Below are positions 1-9,405 of a stretch of DNA of 24,953 bases, piece after piece. This DNA is from a virus (taxonomy: Duplodnaviria > Caudoviricetes), in the IMG/VR virus record IMGVR_UViG_3300016484_000641, positions 1 to 24,953 of that record; one strand, written 5' to 3'. Within the stretch, counting starts at the first letter, position 1. Each line of letters starts with the position of its first letter. The position numbers were made by a program, and so were the translations under genes. Below the pieces are notes generated by a model. That model was not told where the DNA came from and searched no databases. It saw nothing but the letters and a program-made list of their open reading frames with translations.

Positions 1-13
1 AATTCTCTGATGA

Positions 14-496
14 ATGGAAACGAAGAACAACAAGGTCTATAAACTCGACAGTCGGTTTATTCCAATGGAAAAAGCCGACATCTCGAAGCTCCAAGCTCTC
101 GACGAGGATATGCTTTTTATTTTTAACACGTTCTGCAAGCTCGTAAATTTGCGAGGTTGGACTTTTTATTATCTCGACGTACACAATGGAGAGATACGTG
201 GATACCTTCGCGAAGTGATCCACACTCGACTTTTAAAAATACAGATGCGACACCTCACCACATTTCTATCGTACCTAAATTTGTGTTTTAAATGGACCCC
301 ATTTCATCACACCGTCAGGCACGATGACCTTGGGTTTGGATACATCATTCGCATCTCAAAACCACAAGGACAAGAGCTTTCATTTGGTCGCGACAAAAAA
401 TACTACAACCCACACTGGGACGGATTAGATATTGGCGTTCAAAAACCTGAGTCCATAGTTGGCGATGAGGAGAGCATCGACGACCCCATCGTGTAG
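14..496 (+). CDS. Hypothetical protein, convergent with the replication arm (possibly the end of a late operon)
   Basis: 160-aa ORF; its 3' end overlaps the RuvC-like gene by 72 nt on the opposite strand; no motif recognised. Confidence 0.6.
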   Translation: METKNNKVYKLDSRFIPMEKADISKLQALDEDMLFIFNTFCKLVNLRGWTFYYLDVHNGEIRGYLREVIHTRLLKIQMRHLTTFLSYLNLCFKWTPFHHTVRHDDLGFGYIIRISKPQGQELSFGRDKKYYNPHWDGLDIGVQKPESIVGDEESIDDPIV

Positions 497-919
497 TTTT
501 CCGTTTCTGTTTGCGGGTATCTTTGGATAAATTTTCGGACACAATCTTTCGACAGCGATCAACGACTTTGCTTTTGGTTTAAGATCGTTTGAGATACCTT
601 GGTGCATAACCTTGGACCATTTTTGTGGCTCAACGTACACAACTGGAACTCCCGATTGCCGAACGGCGATCTCAAGAGCCATGAAAGCGCGACCATAATT
701 GAAAGCATGAGAACTACCCATCGCCATCGCCATAGCTCGCTCAAGAAAAATATTATCAGCACCCAAAGAGCTAACGAGTTTAGTAAGTGCATCAAAATCA
801 ATTTCTTTCTCTTTGTAGGGTAGGGGGTGCCACTCGAAAGTGTCACCCTCGTCGATCACAACAATCGCACCCTGTTGGCCTGGATCAATCCCCGCTATTC
901 GCTTCAACTTTTTCTTCAT
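425..919 (-). CDS. ruvC: RuvC-like Holliday junction resolvase
   Basis: IAGIDPG, IFLE, AFNYG, VEPQKW and HDGVVDALLIA motifs; start re-called at ATG 919 (MKKKLKRIAGIDPG). Confidence 0.85.
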   Translation of the reverse strand: MKKKLKRIAGIDPGQQGAIVVIDEGDTFEWHPLPYKEKEIDFDALTKLVSSLGADNIFLERAMAMAMGSSHAFNYGRAFMALEIAVRQSGVPVVYVEPQKWSKVMHQGISNDLKPKAKSLIAVERLCPKIYPKIPANRNGKLHDGVVDALLIANYGLRFLNANI

Positions 920-1739
920 CCTCAAAATCTCCCATAATGCTTTCATCCATTCCATAGTACCATTTCGGTAGCGATAACAAAACTTCCTTGCCGCGCTCAA
1001 AAGCACCTGGCCAATTTTTTGTTTCCATGCACCGCTTGTAGGTTTCAAGGCCGAGTTCGATCTCGTGCGTTCCTTTAGCACGAGCCATGTCATCAAGTAC
1101 GAAAATAGCTGCGTCATACGGTTCCTTGTTCTCGACAGCGATAAACTTAAACCCACGACACTCGCCTGTGATTTCCTTCACGGCTCTTTGGTAGAAGGGG
1201 TCTTGTCTGTGATACCCAAAGTTTGCCACAGATCGAGCGAAATCCGAAAGAGATTTTGTCGTTTTCAAATCCCAAATAAATCCGTCATCTGCTAACCAAT
1301 CTATTTTGGCGCGACATCGCACTCCGTTCCACTCCCAAAATGCCGCAAGCTCCGGTCGCCCCTTGGCGAGTTTTTCCATTGCTCCGACTGACGACATGAG
1401 TCCGTCGTAGATGCGAACTGCGTGGTCCCACACTTCTGGCGTTACAACTTTTTTATCGTGATGGGTAGAGAGAAATGACGCCCATTCTTCTTTCCCTGCT
1501 TTGGTCCTGCGATCGACAATAATGCCTTTGACAAACGATCTGTCAAATACATCAGGTTCGAGATACATACCGTGAACAAGAGAGCCGAGCATCATCGACG
1601 GAGTTTGCTCATTACCGCCAAAGTCCTTGTAAAACTTGTACGCCTTTGGTGATTGAATAAGTTTCGTCAGGTCAGAGTTTGAAAGCTCTGATCGAGAAAA
1701 GTATTCCATATCTGTCATCTTAACTAACTTTTTTTCCAT
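885..1739 (-). CDS. RecE/exonuclease VIII-like PD-(D/E)XK nuclease (DUF3799 type)
   Basis: LSNSDL..L..SP, GSLVH..LEP, DRRTKAGKE, CRAKIDW, DLKTT, YHRQ..FY and FIAVEN motifs. Confidence 0.88.
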   Translation of the reverse strand: MEKKLVKMTDMEYFSRSELSNSDLTKLIQSPKAYKFYKDFGGNEQTPSMMLGSLVHGMYLEPDVFDRSFVKGIIVDRRTKAGKEEWASFLSTHHDKKVVTPEVWDHAVRIYDGLMSSVGAMEKLAKGRPELAAFWEWNGVRCRAKIDWLADDGFIWDLKTTKSLSDFARSVANFGYHRQDPFYQRAVKEITGECRGFKFIAVENKEPYDAAIFVLDDMARAKGTHEIELGLETYKRCMETKNWPGAFERGKEVLLSLPKWYYGMDESIMGDFEDEEKVEANSGD

Positions 1740-2113
1740 ATATCCTCCAACTCTGCGCAGATAGAATTTTCATGCACCATCTTTGTTTCGATGTCGCAAT
1801 CGTACTGTTCTGCATATGTTTTTAATCCAATAAATGCGGGGTCGTCTTTGAAATCGTCCCACAAATCTACGTCGTTGTGGATGAAACAGAACGAGTCGGG
1901 TATCGCTACAACTTTACCTTTTTCATTTAAGTTTTCTCTCACAAGAGTTTTACAGTCATCGGCCCACGAAACGATCCAACAAAAGCGAGACTGTGTGTAC
2001 TCGCCGTGTTTTAAACTTTGCTCTGGCCGATAGATAAGCCCGAGATTACCTGTCTTTCTGGGTTTTGTCGGAGAGAACATCAGCACTCTCCCGAGGATGG
2101 GCTTTAAATTCAT
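1724..2113 (-). CDS. GroES/T4 gp31-like co-chaperonin
   Basis: N-terminal MNLKPILGRVL, mobile-loop-like KTGNLGLIYRPE, and C-terminal MVHENSICAEL resemble the Cpn10 pattern, with an internal insertion. Confidence 0.65.
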   Translation of the reverse strand: MNLKPILGRVLMFSPTKPRKTGNLGLIYRPEQSLKHGEYTQSRFCWIVSWADDCKTLVRENLNEKGKVVAIPDSFCFIHNDVDLWDDFKDDPAFIGLKTYAEQYDCDIETKMVHENSICAELEDIWKKS

Positions 2114-2346
2114 GGTGTCACCTCAGTCTCTACGCCATGTTCTTCAAAGTGATAGTGAACATAGTTTTCGTTCACCCAAGTTTTGAGGGTGTCCACCTTC
2201 ATCTCGTGATCGAGATTTGTCCACTCCTCGATGTCGTAACCCAATCTTTTTTGTCCGCGCTCGGTGCTGAGATCAAACACTTCCGATTTCTCAAGTGCTT
2301 CGACGAACTTGTGTGCAGGTCCGTGTGCTTTAAATACTACCCTCAT
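2110..2346 (-). CDS. Hypothetical protein
   Basis: 78-aa ORF translationally coupled to its neighbours. Confidence 0.7.
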   Translation of the reverse strand: MRVVFKAHGPAHKFVEALEKSEVFDLSTERGQKRLGYDIEEWTNLDHEMKVDTLKTWVNENYVHYHFEEHGVETEVTP

Positions 2347-2668
2347 CGTTGCCTCCGTTATTTTTGAATTTGCGAGCCATCCACTCGCGTTTAATTTTTA
2401 TGTAGTGCTGTATCGTTTCTGTTATTTCTAATCGAACCATGCGATCGTCGATGTATGCAATCGCTTTTTTAAGTAAGTCTTGATAGTCGGTGCATTCTTG
2501 TCTGATGCTTTTGTAGTATTGAGCGTTGTGAAAAATTTTTTGCTTTGCCCAATAGAGAACTTGAAGTGTTTCGTCAGACACTTTCGCCCCAAAAACTTTT
2601 TCGTTTTGTTCTTTTATCCACTCGATGTGGTCAGAGAGTATTTTATATTTTTCTTGGTTACTCATCAC
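2330..2668 (-). CDS. Hypothetical protein
   Basis: 112-aa helical ORF in the operon. Confidence 0.7.
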   Translation of the reverse strand: MMSNQEKYKILSDHIEWIKEQNEKVFGAKVSDETLQVLYWAKQKIFHNAQYYKSIRQECTDYQDLLKKAIAYIDDRMVRLEITETIQHYIKIKREWMARKFKNNGGNDEGSI

Positions 2669-3860
2669 GGTAGCCCCCTACTTGTTTGAGAACTTCTTTC
2701 TTTTCGGTTATCTGTTTGAAAATTCTTTTGTCCACTTTGCCGCTAAAAATGTAGTGATAGAAACACGGTTTCTCTTGAGTCATCCTTCTTATGCGTCCCT
2801 CTGCTTGCCGAATATCCTCTGGACCCCACGGATAGTCGTTGAAAACGCAATGGTTTGTAGAGATGAATGAGAGACCTGTGGACATCGTTCCAATGCTTCC
2901 GACAAGAGATGTCCCCACACCGCGCTCAAACTCCTCGCCAATTCTGAATCTCTCACTATCGCTTTGGCGGGCGCAGATATATTTACAGTCAAGCCCTTTC
3001 GCGATCGTCTCGACTGCGTCTGGATGCTCGCTGAAAATAATAGGTCGTATTCCTTGGGAGATGAGTTCTTTGCAGTATTCGATTGTGAACTCTGTTTTAA
3101 TTTTCGCGTTGAGTTTTTTAATTGTTGCGTATGCTTGTTTTTCTTCAAACGCTTTGTTGAGTTCATTTTGTAGTTCCTTTTTTATTTCGTTTTGGATTGG
3201 GACTTCGATGACATTTCTTTGCGGGAGCTTAACATTGCCCGCCTTATAGAAATATACAGGTTTGAGGAGTGCTCTAAGTTCATCCGCGTTTCGTACACCT
3301 TCAAACTTGACTCCAAATGGTGTATCAACTCTATTCGTGAAGGCGCAGTTAAACCCCCACGGATCAACATACCATCTCTTAAATTTTGAATAAGGGTTTC
3401 CGTTGTGACATAGTCTGAGGAGACTCCACCATTCAGGCACTCTATTCTTAATCGGAGTTCCGCTAAGTCCAAGAACATATCGCGGTCGTCTCGACTCAAT
3501 CGTCGAATGCGCGAGGATAGTTCGTTTAGCTTTCGGATTTTTGAGATAGTGGACTTCATCAAAACCAATGAGGTTCCAATCGTCATTGATGTAGCGGCCC
3601 ATCTTTTCATAGCTGCAAATAGTGATCTGTGACTTCGGTGTCGTAATAAATTTCTCAATTTGCCCCTCCCACATAGGCTTTAAAAAAGCGGGACACACGA
3701 GGAGGTTTTTACCCCCAACGTGTTCGCTCATCGCGAGATACAGTGCGCTCTTTCCGAGACCCATCTGAAAACCGTTGATGCTGTAACGTGCTTGTAGATG
3801 AAAATTCAATGCCTCCGACTGATGTGGTCGGAGGGGCATTGATAACAAATTGTCGAACAT
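2658..3860 (-). CDS. SNF2-family (SF2) helicase
   Basis: LRPHQ, MGLGKS (Walker A), LLVCP, FDEVH (Walker B), LSGTP and QAEGRIRR motifs. Confidence 0.9.
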   Translation of the reverse strand: MFDNLLSMPLRPHQSEALNFHLQARYSINGFQMGLGKSALYLAMSEHVGGKNLLVCPAFLKPMWEGQIEKFITTPKSQITICSYEKMGRYINDDWNLIGFDEVHYLKNPKAKRTILAHSTIESRRPRYVLGLSGTPIKNRVPEWWSLLRLCHNGNPYSKFKRWYVDPWGFNCAFTNRVDTPFGVKFEGVRNADELRALLKPVYFYKAGNVKLPQRNVIEVPIQNEIKKELQNELNKAFEEKQAYATIKKLNAKIKTEFTIEYCKELISQGIRPIIFSEHPDAVETIAKGLDCKYICARQSDSERFRIGEEFERGVGTSLVGSIGTMSTGLSFISTNHCVFNDYPWGPEDIRQAEGRIRRMTQEKPCFYHYIFSGKVDKRIFKQITEKKEVLKQVGGYRDE

Positions 3861-3863
3861 GAC

Positions 3864-4280
3864 TTAGAGAGGGATTTCCTCGTCTGGATCAAAACCAGCA
3901 CCGACATTGTCTGCGGCTACAGGCTTTGCTTCGAGTTTTTGTTTTCCTGCGGGAACGTAGTCTTTGTCGAGCATGATGACGAGATCGTTGAACTCTTTGC
4001 CCGCCCATTTTCCTTTTTGGATTTTGTCGCGGCCATTGAATTTAACTTGATAACGAAAGCCTTCTTTGAGAGTGCCTTCTTTGTACATATGCTCGAGCTT
4101 TCCACACTTAGGAAGTGTGAGCTTTTCTCCACCTTCAACTTCGATAAAGTTGTAAAGATTTCCATACTGGTTGGACGTGATGCCAGCGAACTCACCGTAG
4201 TTGACGATGATGTCACCTTTTTTCAGTCCTGTGTATGGGACGATTTTACCTAAACTACTTACGTCTTGAAAATTTGGCAT
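3864..4280 (-). CDS. Putative single-stranded DNA-binding protein
   Basis: Beta-rich 138-aa protein with acidic tail FDPDEEIPL (like the SSB DDDIPF tail), located between polymerase and helicase, with a strong AAGGAG RBS. Confidence 0.65.
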   Translation of the reverse strand: MPNFQDVSSLGKIVPYTGLKKGDIIVNYGEFAGITSNQYGNLYNFIEVEGGEKLTLPKCGKLEHMYKEGTLKEGFRYQVKFNGRDKIQKGKWAGKEFNDLVIMLDKDYVPAGKQKLEAKPVAADNVGAGFDPDEEIPL

Positions 4281-4314
4281 TGGATACTCCTTTTGTATAG
4301 TGTGCCGAATGCAA

Positions 4315-4344
4315 ACAATACATAGGAATATTTTATATGGTCAA
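4315..4344 (-). promoter_or_regulatory. Sigma70-like promoter upstream of the SSB gene
   Basis: TTGACC-N18-TATTGT on the minus strand in the intergenic gap. Confidence 0.55.
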
Positions 4345-4353
4345 ATGAAAAAC

Positions 4354-6393
4354 TTACTCGGTCTTTAAAAAATATTTTTTGAAACGCTCGTAGTCATTGA
4401 TTGCGCGATCATCAATATATAATTTTTGACACGCGATAGGATGATTTCGATTTGATTGGAACTCCTCAAGCCCTTCTGGTATGCCCTCGCCCCACACAAA
4501 CGCATCAAGCCTGATCGCCCGAGCCATCTGTTGACCGCGACCTTCAAAGCATTCGATGAAAGCCTCGCGCATCAAGTGGATGACATCGTCAGGGACGTGG
4601 GTGTCCCAACACGCATATTCCACGTACAAAGCATCGTGAAGTGGAATGATAACTTTAAGTCCTGCATCAATACATTTTCTGATTGCACTTCGTAAAATTA
4701 CCCCGCCTCGGCCTTGGATCGGAAAATTTGCAACGCTTCGTCTGTTGGGGTTGTCGCCGAATAGAGTCCACCCATCTGGAAGTTTCGCGTACTTGTAGTG
4801 TCCGTAGTCGTACTGTGTCTGCACGATCTTTTGATGGTAACGCGGGAAAGATGTATTGAATTTGTGAATGAGTTCTTCGGCCTGTTCTTTTGTGTGGGGC
4901 GTTCCTGTGTCGGCAGTTAGTTTTTTCGCAAGCGCATCAGGCCCCATGAGATACGAGATGCCAAGAGTTGTCGATTTAAAAAGGTTTCTCTCCGCTTTGT
5001 ATTCTTCTTTGGTTCCTTCCCACGGAACTGCGCCCGCAAGTTTCGCAAAGTACAAATACACGTCGCCCGACTTGTAGGCGTTGTACATATTCTCATCCTC
5101 AGACCAACACGCAGAGATCAAAAATTCTTCTGACGAATAATCCACACCGAGGATGTAGTGATTTTTTGGGGGTTGGATCATCGCTCTCATCCACGCAGCT
5201 TTTAGTGGAATGAAAGAAGTCGCCTTCGGTTGAAAGCGCGAAGTTTGCGAACCGTATGGGTTGAGCCATGAGCGAACTCGCCCATCGGAGCCGAGAGAGT
5301 CAAAGATACTTTCTTTTTGTTTGTTGGGACTAAACCCATTGAGAGACTGTTTGAGCTTCAAATATCTCATCGCTTGTGCGGCAACATTTCCTTCGGGGTA
5401 GTCGTGCTTGTATGAGAAGTGTTCCTCAAACGCATCGAGCTTAAGAGAGATGGCACCCTTTTTTGTTTTCATCCACTTATCAAAAAGCCCAGACTCTTTT
5501 TCAATCCAATCTTTCCAAGGTTGTTGTTTCATCGTGTAGGGGCCTGAGTTTTTATTCTTGCGCATGAAAAAGTTTTTATCAGGAAATTGTCGATTGATGT
5601 CCTCGGCACACTCGCTAAGAATTTCACCGACGTTTCCTGCAAAGTTTTTCATCCACTCGACGTTGACTGGGTATCCGTAGCAAGTCATCAGGGCAACATC
5701 AGCACTCGTGCGACCGCGCAATAAAATTTCTTCGTTTCTTATCTTAACATTCACGTCGCTTGAAATTCGGTCGTAAGCATCGAACAACTTATCACGAATT
5801 TCAACTAAGCACTCAGCGTCCTCGAGGTTGTAGTCTAAGATCAAATCCATGTGGGTGACGATTTTATCAGGATTTCCCTCGATGATGATGTTTCGGATCA
5901 TGTCTTTTCGATCAGTGTCGATCTTTTTACCGCAAAGTTTGTAGTACATGGCCGCGAGATTTCGGTCGGCCTTCGATGCGTCGGCAGCGGCCTTGTCCTC
6001 CTCGGTCATCTGGTACTTCATCTTTCGAGGCGCGCTCGTTACTTTCTCGACACCTTTGATAAGTTGTTTTCCGTAGGCGTATTCGTTTCTGTGGTTGATG
6101 AGCATTTTCCATTCGTTCTGCAAATCAACCCATTTGAATTTTGATGGGTGTAACCCAAGAGCGATGAACGATGAACCTTCGGCGACACCGTTGAAACAAT
6201 AGAACACTGTGTTTTCTCGACACGACTTGATCCACCCTGCCAAGTCTTTCTTTTTTTGTTCGTCGTTGTAGAGCCAAATTTTTTTCTTTTGGACTTTCCC
6301 TTTTTCAGAGACAAAGACGAACGCGGACGATACGAGGTTTAAAATTGCCTCGCTCGTTCCGTTATACTCGAAGTCGATAAAACATCTGTTCAT
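4354..6393 (-). CDS. polA: Family A DNA polymerase with N-terminal 3'-5' exonuclease (Leu762 type)
   Basis: ExoI FIDFEY; motif A VDYSSEE; motif B RNLFKSTTLGISY; ANFPIQG; motif C PLHDA. Confidence 0.93.
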   Translation of the reverse strand: MNRCFIDFEYNGTSEAILNLVSSAFVFVSEKGKVQKKKIWLYNDEQKKKDLAGWIKSCRENTVFYCFNGVAEGSSFIALGLHPSKFKWVDLQNEWKMLINHRNEYAYGKQLIKGVEKVTSAPRKMKYQMTEEDKAAADASKADRNLAAMYYKLCGKKIDTDRKDMIRNIIIEGNPDKIVTHMDLILDYNLEDAECLVEIRDKLFDAYDRISSDVNVKIRNEEILLRGRTSADVALMTCYGYPVNVEWMKNFAGNVGEILSECAEDINRQFPDKNFFMRKNKNSGPYTMKQQPWKDWIEKESGLFDKWMKTKKGAISLKLDAFEEHFSYKHDYPEGNVAAQAMRYLKLKQSLNGFSPNKQKESIFDSLGSDGRVRSWLNPYGSQTSRFQPKATSFIPLKAAWMRAMIQPPKNHYILGVDYSSEEFLISACWSEDENMYNAYKSGDVYLYFAKLAGAVPWEGTKEEYKAERNLFKSTTLGISYLMGPDALAKKLTADTGTPHTKEQAEELIHKFNTSFPRYHQKIVQTQYDYGHYKYAKLPDGWTLFGDNPNRRSVANFPIQGRGGVILRSAIRKCIDAGLKVIIPLHDALYVEYACWDTHVPDDVIHLMREAFIECFEGRGQQMARAIRLDAFVWGEGIPEGLEEFQSNRNHPIACQKLYIDDRAINDYERFKKYFLKTE

Positions 6394-6399
6394 AAAGTC

Positions 6400-6774
6400 C
6401 TATTGAGGTGTGGCCTCGTCAGAGTTTTGTGCTGACATTTCTTGGTTCTTTGCTTCGGCTTCCTTCGCGTCCGCGATCGCTTGAGCGCGTTGCTCAAGTG
6501 AAATATCCACCATCGCATTGAAGCTCTTTTTAAAATTGAAAAGAACTTGCTCAAGTTTTTTCATCATTTGAGATTTTGTGCTCGCGGGTAACGACATTAC
6601 CCAAAAGCGTAGCACTTGGGTCGTCATGTCGTTTAACGCTGTAAACTTAAACTCAGCTTTTGTTTTTAAGAAAAGAACTTCCATTTGCATGATCGTCTGT
6701 TCGATCTCTGCCAAGGCTTGAACTTTTTCTTCATCCTGTTTTGAAACTTGTTCGTCAATTATTGGTGCTGTCAT
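6400..6774 (-). CDS. Hypothetical protein
   Basis: 124-aa coiled-coil-like ORF in the operon. Confidence 0.7.
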   Translation of the reverse strand: MTAPIIDEQVSKQDEEKVQALAEIEQTIMQMEVLFLKTKAEFKFTALNDMTTQVLRFWVMSLPASTKSQMMKKLEQVLFNFKKSFNAMVDISLEQRAQAIADAKEAEAKNQEMSAQNSDEATPQ

Positions 6775-7151
6775 TTCTTCTCCCCTTGTGTATCTCTTTC
6801 ATGTTTCTCTCTCACAGCTTGTCGAAACCACTCGACATCGTTACCGTGAATATAATTTAATTTTGAGTCTGGATGTTGCGACGATTTTTTAAAATCAGAA
6901 ATAATTCTCAAGAACTCATCGCGAAGTCCTTTGCCTTGAATAAAATAACCGCCGATGTCATAGACTTCAACGACAGGCTCTTTCTTTTTCTCATAGATTT
7001 TGTAGGCGGTGTTGATTGCAAGTCGGATCACGCCGAACATCGAGCCTACCCAGATGACTTTGTACAAAAAGATACCGACCAAAATCCACATTGCCAGATG
7101 CGGAACCTTTTCGATGATACTTAAAATTTCTTGGACTGTTTGTTGTAGCAT
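6771..7151 (-). CDS. Hypothetical membrane protein
   Basis: N-terminal hydrophobic stretch LAMWILVGIFLYKVIWVGSMFGVI. Confidence 0.7.
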   Translation of the reverse strand: MLQQTVQEILSIIEKVPHLAMWILVGIFLYKVIWVGSMFGVIRLAINTAYKIYEKKKEPVVEVYDIGGYFIQGKGLRDEFLRIISDFKKSSQHPDSKLNYIHGNDVEWFRQAVREKHERDTQGEKK

Positions 7152-7393
7152 TACCCTGTTCTCCTATTTTCATTGTCGTCGATAAATGTTTGAAGTCTGT
7201 CGGCCTCAATCACATCGGTTGTTAATTTTAATTCTTTTCTTGCGTCCGAGACTTTATCTTTCAACCCAAGTCGGTACTCAAAATAGCTTCGACTTTGCAT
7301 CGCCTGAGCCTGTGCATTTGTCATCTGTTGCGACTGTGCCTGTAAGTTTTGAACCGCGTGTCGTGCAAGAGATGCCGCGATAGTTTCTATCAT
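7151..7393 (-). CDS. Hypothetical protein
   Basis: 80-aa ORF coupled to its neighbours. Confidence 0.65.
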   Translation of the reverse strand: MIETIAASLARHAVQNLQAQSQQMTNAQAQAMQSRSYFEYRLGLKDKVSDARKELKLTTDVIEADRLQTFIDDNENRRTG

Positions 7394-7674
7394 TCAATAC
7401 CTCGAAGTTGTTTCGATCTGCGAACCAGATCAGATCGCACGTCAATTTCTTTTTCATTAAAAAGCTGAGAGATGAACCCGATGATCTCATCATAGGCGTC
7501 AAAGTCGCTTATCGTTTTTGTAGGAGTTCCAAGCTCGTGGCACTCCTCAACAATGATGTCGAGCGCATCCAAATAAATTTGTTTCTTTCGACCGACTCGC
7601 GGCGGGTTGAAATAAGATTTTGGCTTTGGCCCTTGTACGATCTTTTTTACTACTTCTGATAAGTCTTGACTCAA
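7390..7674 (-). CDS. Hypothetical protein
   Basis: 94-aa ORF with TTG start, coupled to its neighbours. Confidence 0.65.
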   Translation of the reverse strand: MSQDLSEVVKKIVQGPKPKSYFNPPRVGRKKQIYLDALDIIVEECHELGTPTKTISDFDAYDEIIGFISQLFNEKEIDVRSDLVRRSKQLRGIE

Positions 7675-7943
7675 AGCACACCCCGCTCTTTCATTTTTTC
7701 ATACCTACCTAACATGGCTTCGACGCGCCGTAAAGATTGATTGAGCCAACTGACACTTATTCCTGTTTCTTCTGAAACTTTTTCAATGTCCTCAACTTCC
7801 ATATATCTTTCGTACACCGTGAAATATTTTCTATGGTGATTGATCGTGTGTTTGTTCGAGTTGACCATATCCTTCAACGTGTACTCGAGTGCCTCCCTGA
7901 TGACAGGAGTTGGATATTTGGTCAAAGGTCTGTAATTATTCAT
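7671..7943 (-). CDS. Putative HTH DNA-binding protein (sigma region 4-like)
   Basis: DIEKVSEETGISVSWLNQSLRR helix-turn-helix pattern; start re-called at ATG 7943 (ATGA overlap). Confidence 0.55.
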   Translation of the reverse strand: MNNYRPLTKYPTPVIREALEYTLKDMVNSNKHTINHHRKYFTVYERYMEVEDIEKVSEETGISVSWLNQSLRRVEAMLGRYEKMKERGVL

Positions 7944-8530
7944 AGCGAACCCCATTGTTCTGCCATTGCATCGGCGACGCCTTGATAGGTTTTACTTCTT
8001 ATTTTCCAACGGTCTTTCGACGGACCGAGACTGTTCTGCCCGCTCGCCGTTTGGTTTGCGTATCTCTCTTTTGTAATAATTTTTGTAGGTTTGAGTGGCG
8101 GCAAATTTTTAAGCCACAAGCACGTTTTCTTACTCGCATCGTGTCCGAACATATACGGTTGGATGATCTGATCGGGTTTCCGTATGCGACTACTGATGAT
8201 CGACACTGGGTTCTCAATCGCGATGCGGTCAATCTTTGCATCCATAAGTGCTTCCACAAATTTCAAAGCGTCCTCGGTAAGTTTTGGATCGCGAAGTCCT
8301 CGAGTCGTCCAGTGCATACCACTCACCGCAAGGTAAGTGCAGGGAGGGTGCGCGATCATCAGGTCCCATTTTATTTTTGAGCTTTTTAAAACTTCTAGAA
8401 TGTCCCCTGTAAAATGCGGACCTTTGTCGCTTTCGCTGTCTAGTAGGTCACACGACCATGCGTTGTGTCCGCGTGACCAAAAAGCATCTCTGACAGTACC
8501 AGAAAATTCGCAAGCGACTAGGACGTTCAT
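7940..8530 (-). CDS. Phage DNA cytosine-C5 methyltransferase-like protein
   Basis: VLVACEFSG (motif I-like), DLMIAHPPC (catalytic PC), IENP (motif VI) and C-terminal RSKTYQGVADAMAEQW. Confidence 0.75.
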   Translation of the reverse strand: MNVLVACEFSGTVRDAFWSRGHNAWSCDLLDSESDKGPHFTGDILEVLKSSKIKWDLMIAHPPCTYLAVSGMHWTTRGLRDPKLTEDALKFVEALMDAKIDRIAIENPVSIISSRIRKPDQIIQPYMFGHDASKKTCLWLKNLPPLKPTKIITKERYANQTASGQNSLGPSKDRWKIRSKTYQGVADAMAEQWGSL

Positions 8531-8832
8531 AGAACCTCATCTAAAATTCGCCAGCGTGTAAGTCGGTCGCCGTCGAAAAAACAAAGAACAGGCTTTCCGA
8601 TGAGATCGTCAAGGTTGTTCGCTCCCGATTTACTGAGAAGAACACAAACATCAAAGAGAGCACCTGTTTCAAATTTTTTAGGTATTTGAACATTGACCCA
8701 ACCCAAAGATTTAAAATCCTGCACGTCCCAGTCTTTGTTGCCGAGAACAAAATTAAAACCGATCATGGCGTCTTGGTAGCCGCCGATACCGAACGTCACC
8801 TTTTTAATTTTCGCCAGTTTCTCGCTTATCAT
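8527..8832 (-). CDS. Hypothetical phage protein
   Basis: 101-aa ORF coupled to its neighbours. Confidence 0.7.
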   Translation of the reverse strand: MISEKLAKIKKVTFGIGGYQDAMIGFNFVLGNKDWDVQDFKSLGWVNVQIPKKFETGALFDVCVLLSKSGANNLDDLIGKPVLCFFDGDRLTRWRILDEVL

Positions 8833-9118
8833 CTTTCTTACCTTTCATCAGCACCGCACTACTTTCAAGGCCGTCCATTTGTTGTACAATCTGCGCTTGC
8901 TCCGCACTAAATTCAGTGAGCACAACATTGAAATCTCGATTTGTGTTCTCTGCAATATTTCTTACAATATTAACTCCGAGGTACGCGTGGATCACACGCA
9001 TCGCAAGCACAACATCAAAAGGTTTTTCATACTTCTCACACAGCTTTGTCATAATTTTTTCGACAAGCTGACCCGCATTCAAATCTGTCGCATCAAATTC
9101 GTAGTCTGCAAATTTCAT
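8804..9118 (-). CDS. Hypothetical protein
   Basis: 104-aa ORF in the operon. Confidence 0.65.
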   Translation of the reverse strand: MKFADYEFDATDLNAGQLVEKIMTKLCEKYEKPFDVVLAMRVIHAYLGVNIVRNIAENTNRDFNVVLTEFSAEQAQIVQQMDGLESSAVLMKGKKDDKRETGEN

Positions 9119-9405
9119 AGTGTGCCCCAGTCGATCTCTTTATGTTTCTCAGAAAATTCTTTCATTGCGGGCTTCACTTTATTTTTTATCGACTGCGCAA
9201 GTTCTGGGTTTGTCTGTTCAAATCTGTACCACAAAGTACAAAGTGCGAACCCCGCGACTGGGAGACATACTTGTCTTTTTGTAAAATCTGTTTGTATCTC
9301 GCAAGTCAAATCTCTTGCTTCATTCAATATCTGTTCAAAAAGTTCGTCGGGGCTTGCGCCCGAGTCCAACATCTTATCTAGTTTATTTTTTCCAAATCCA
9401 AACAT
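9115..9405 (-). CDS. Hypothetical protein
   Basis: 96-aa ORF with TAATG/ATGA coupling. Confidence 0.65.
   Translation of the reverse strand: MFGFGKNKLDKMLDSGASPDELFEQILNEARDLTCEIQTDFTKRQVCLPVAGFALCTLWYRFEQTNPELAQSIKNKVKPAMKEFSEKHKEIDWGTL

Noticed and set aside
920-1156. N-terminal extension of the RuvC-like ORF
   Set aside because: It overlaps the RecE-like gene in another frame; the nuclease motif starts right after ATG 919.
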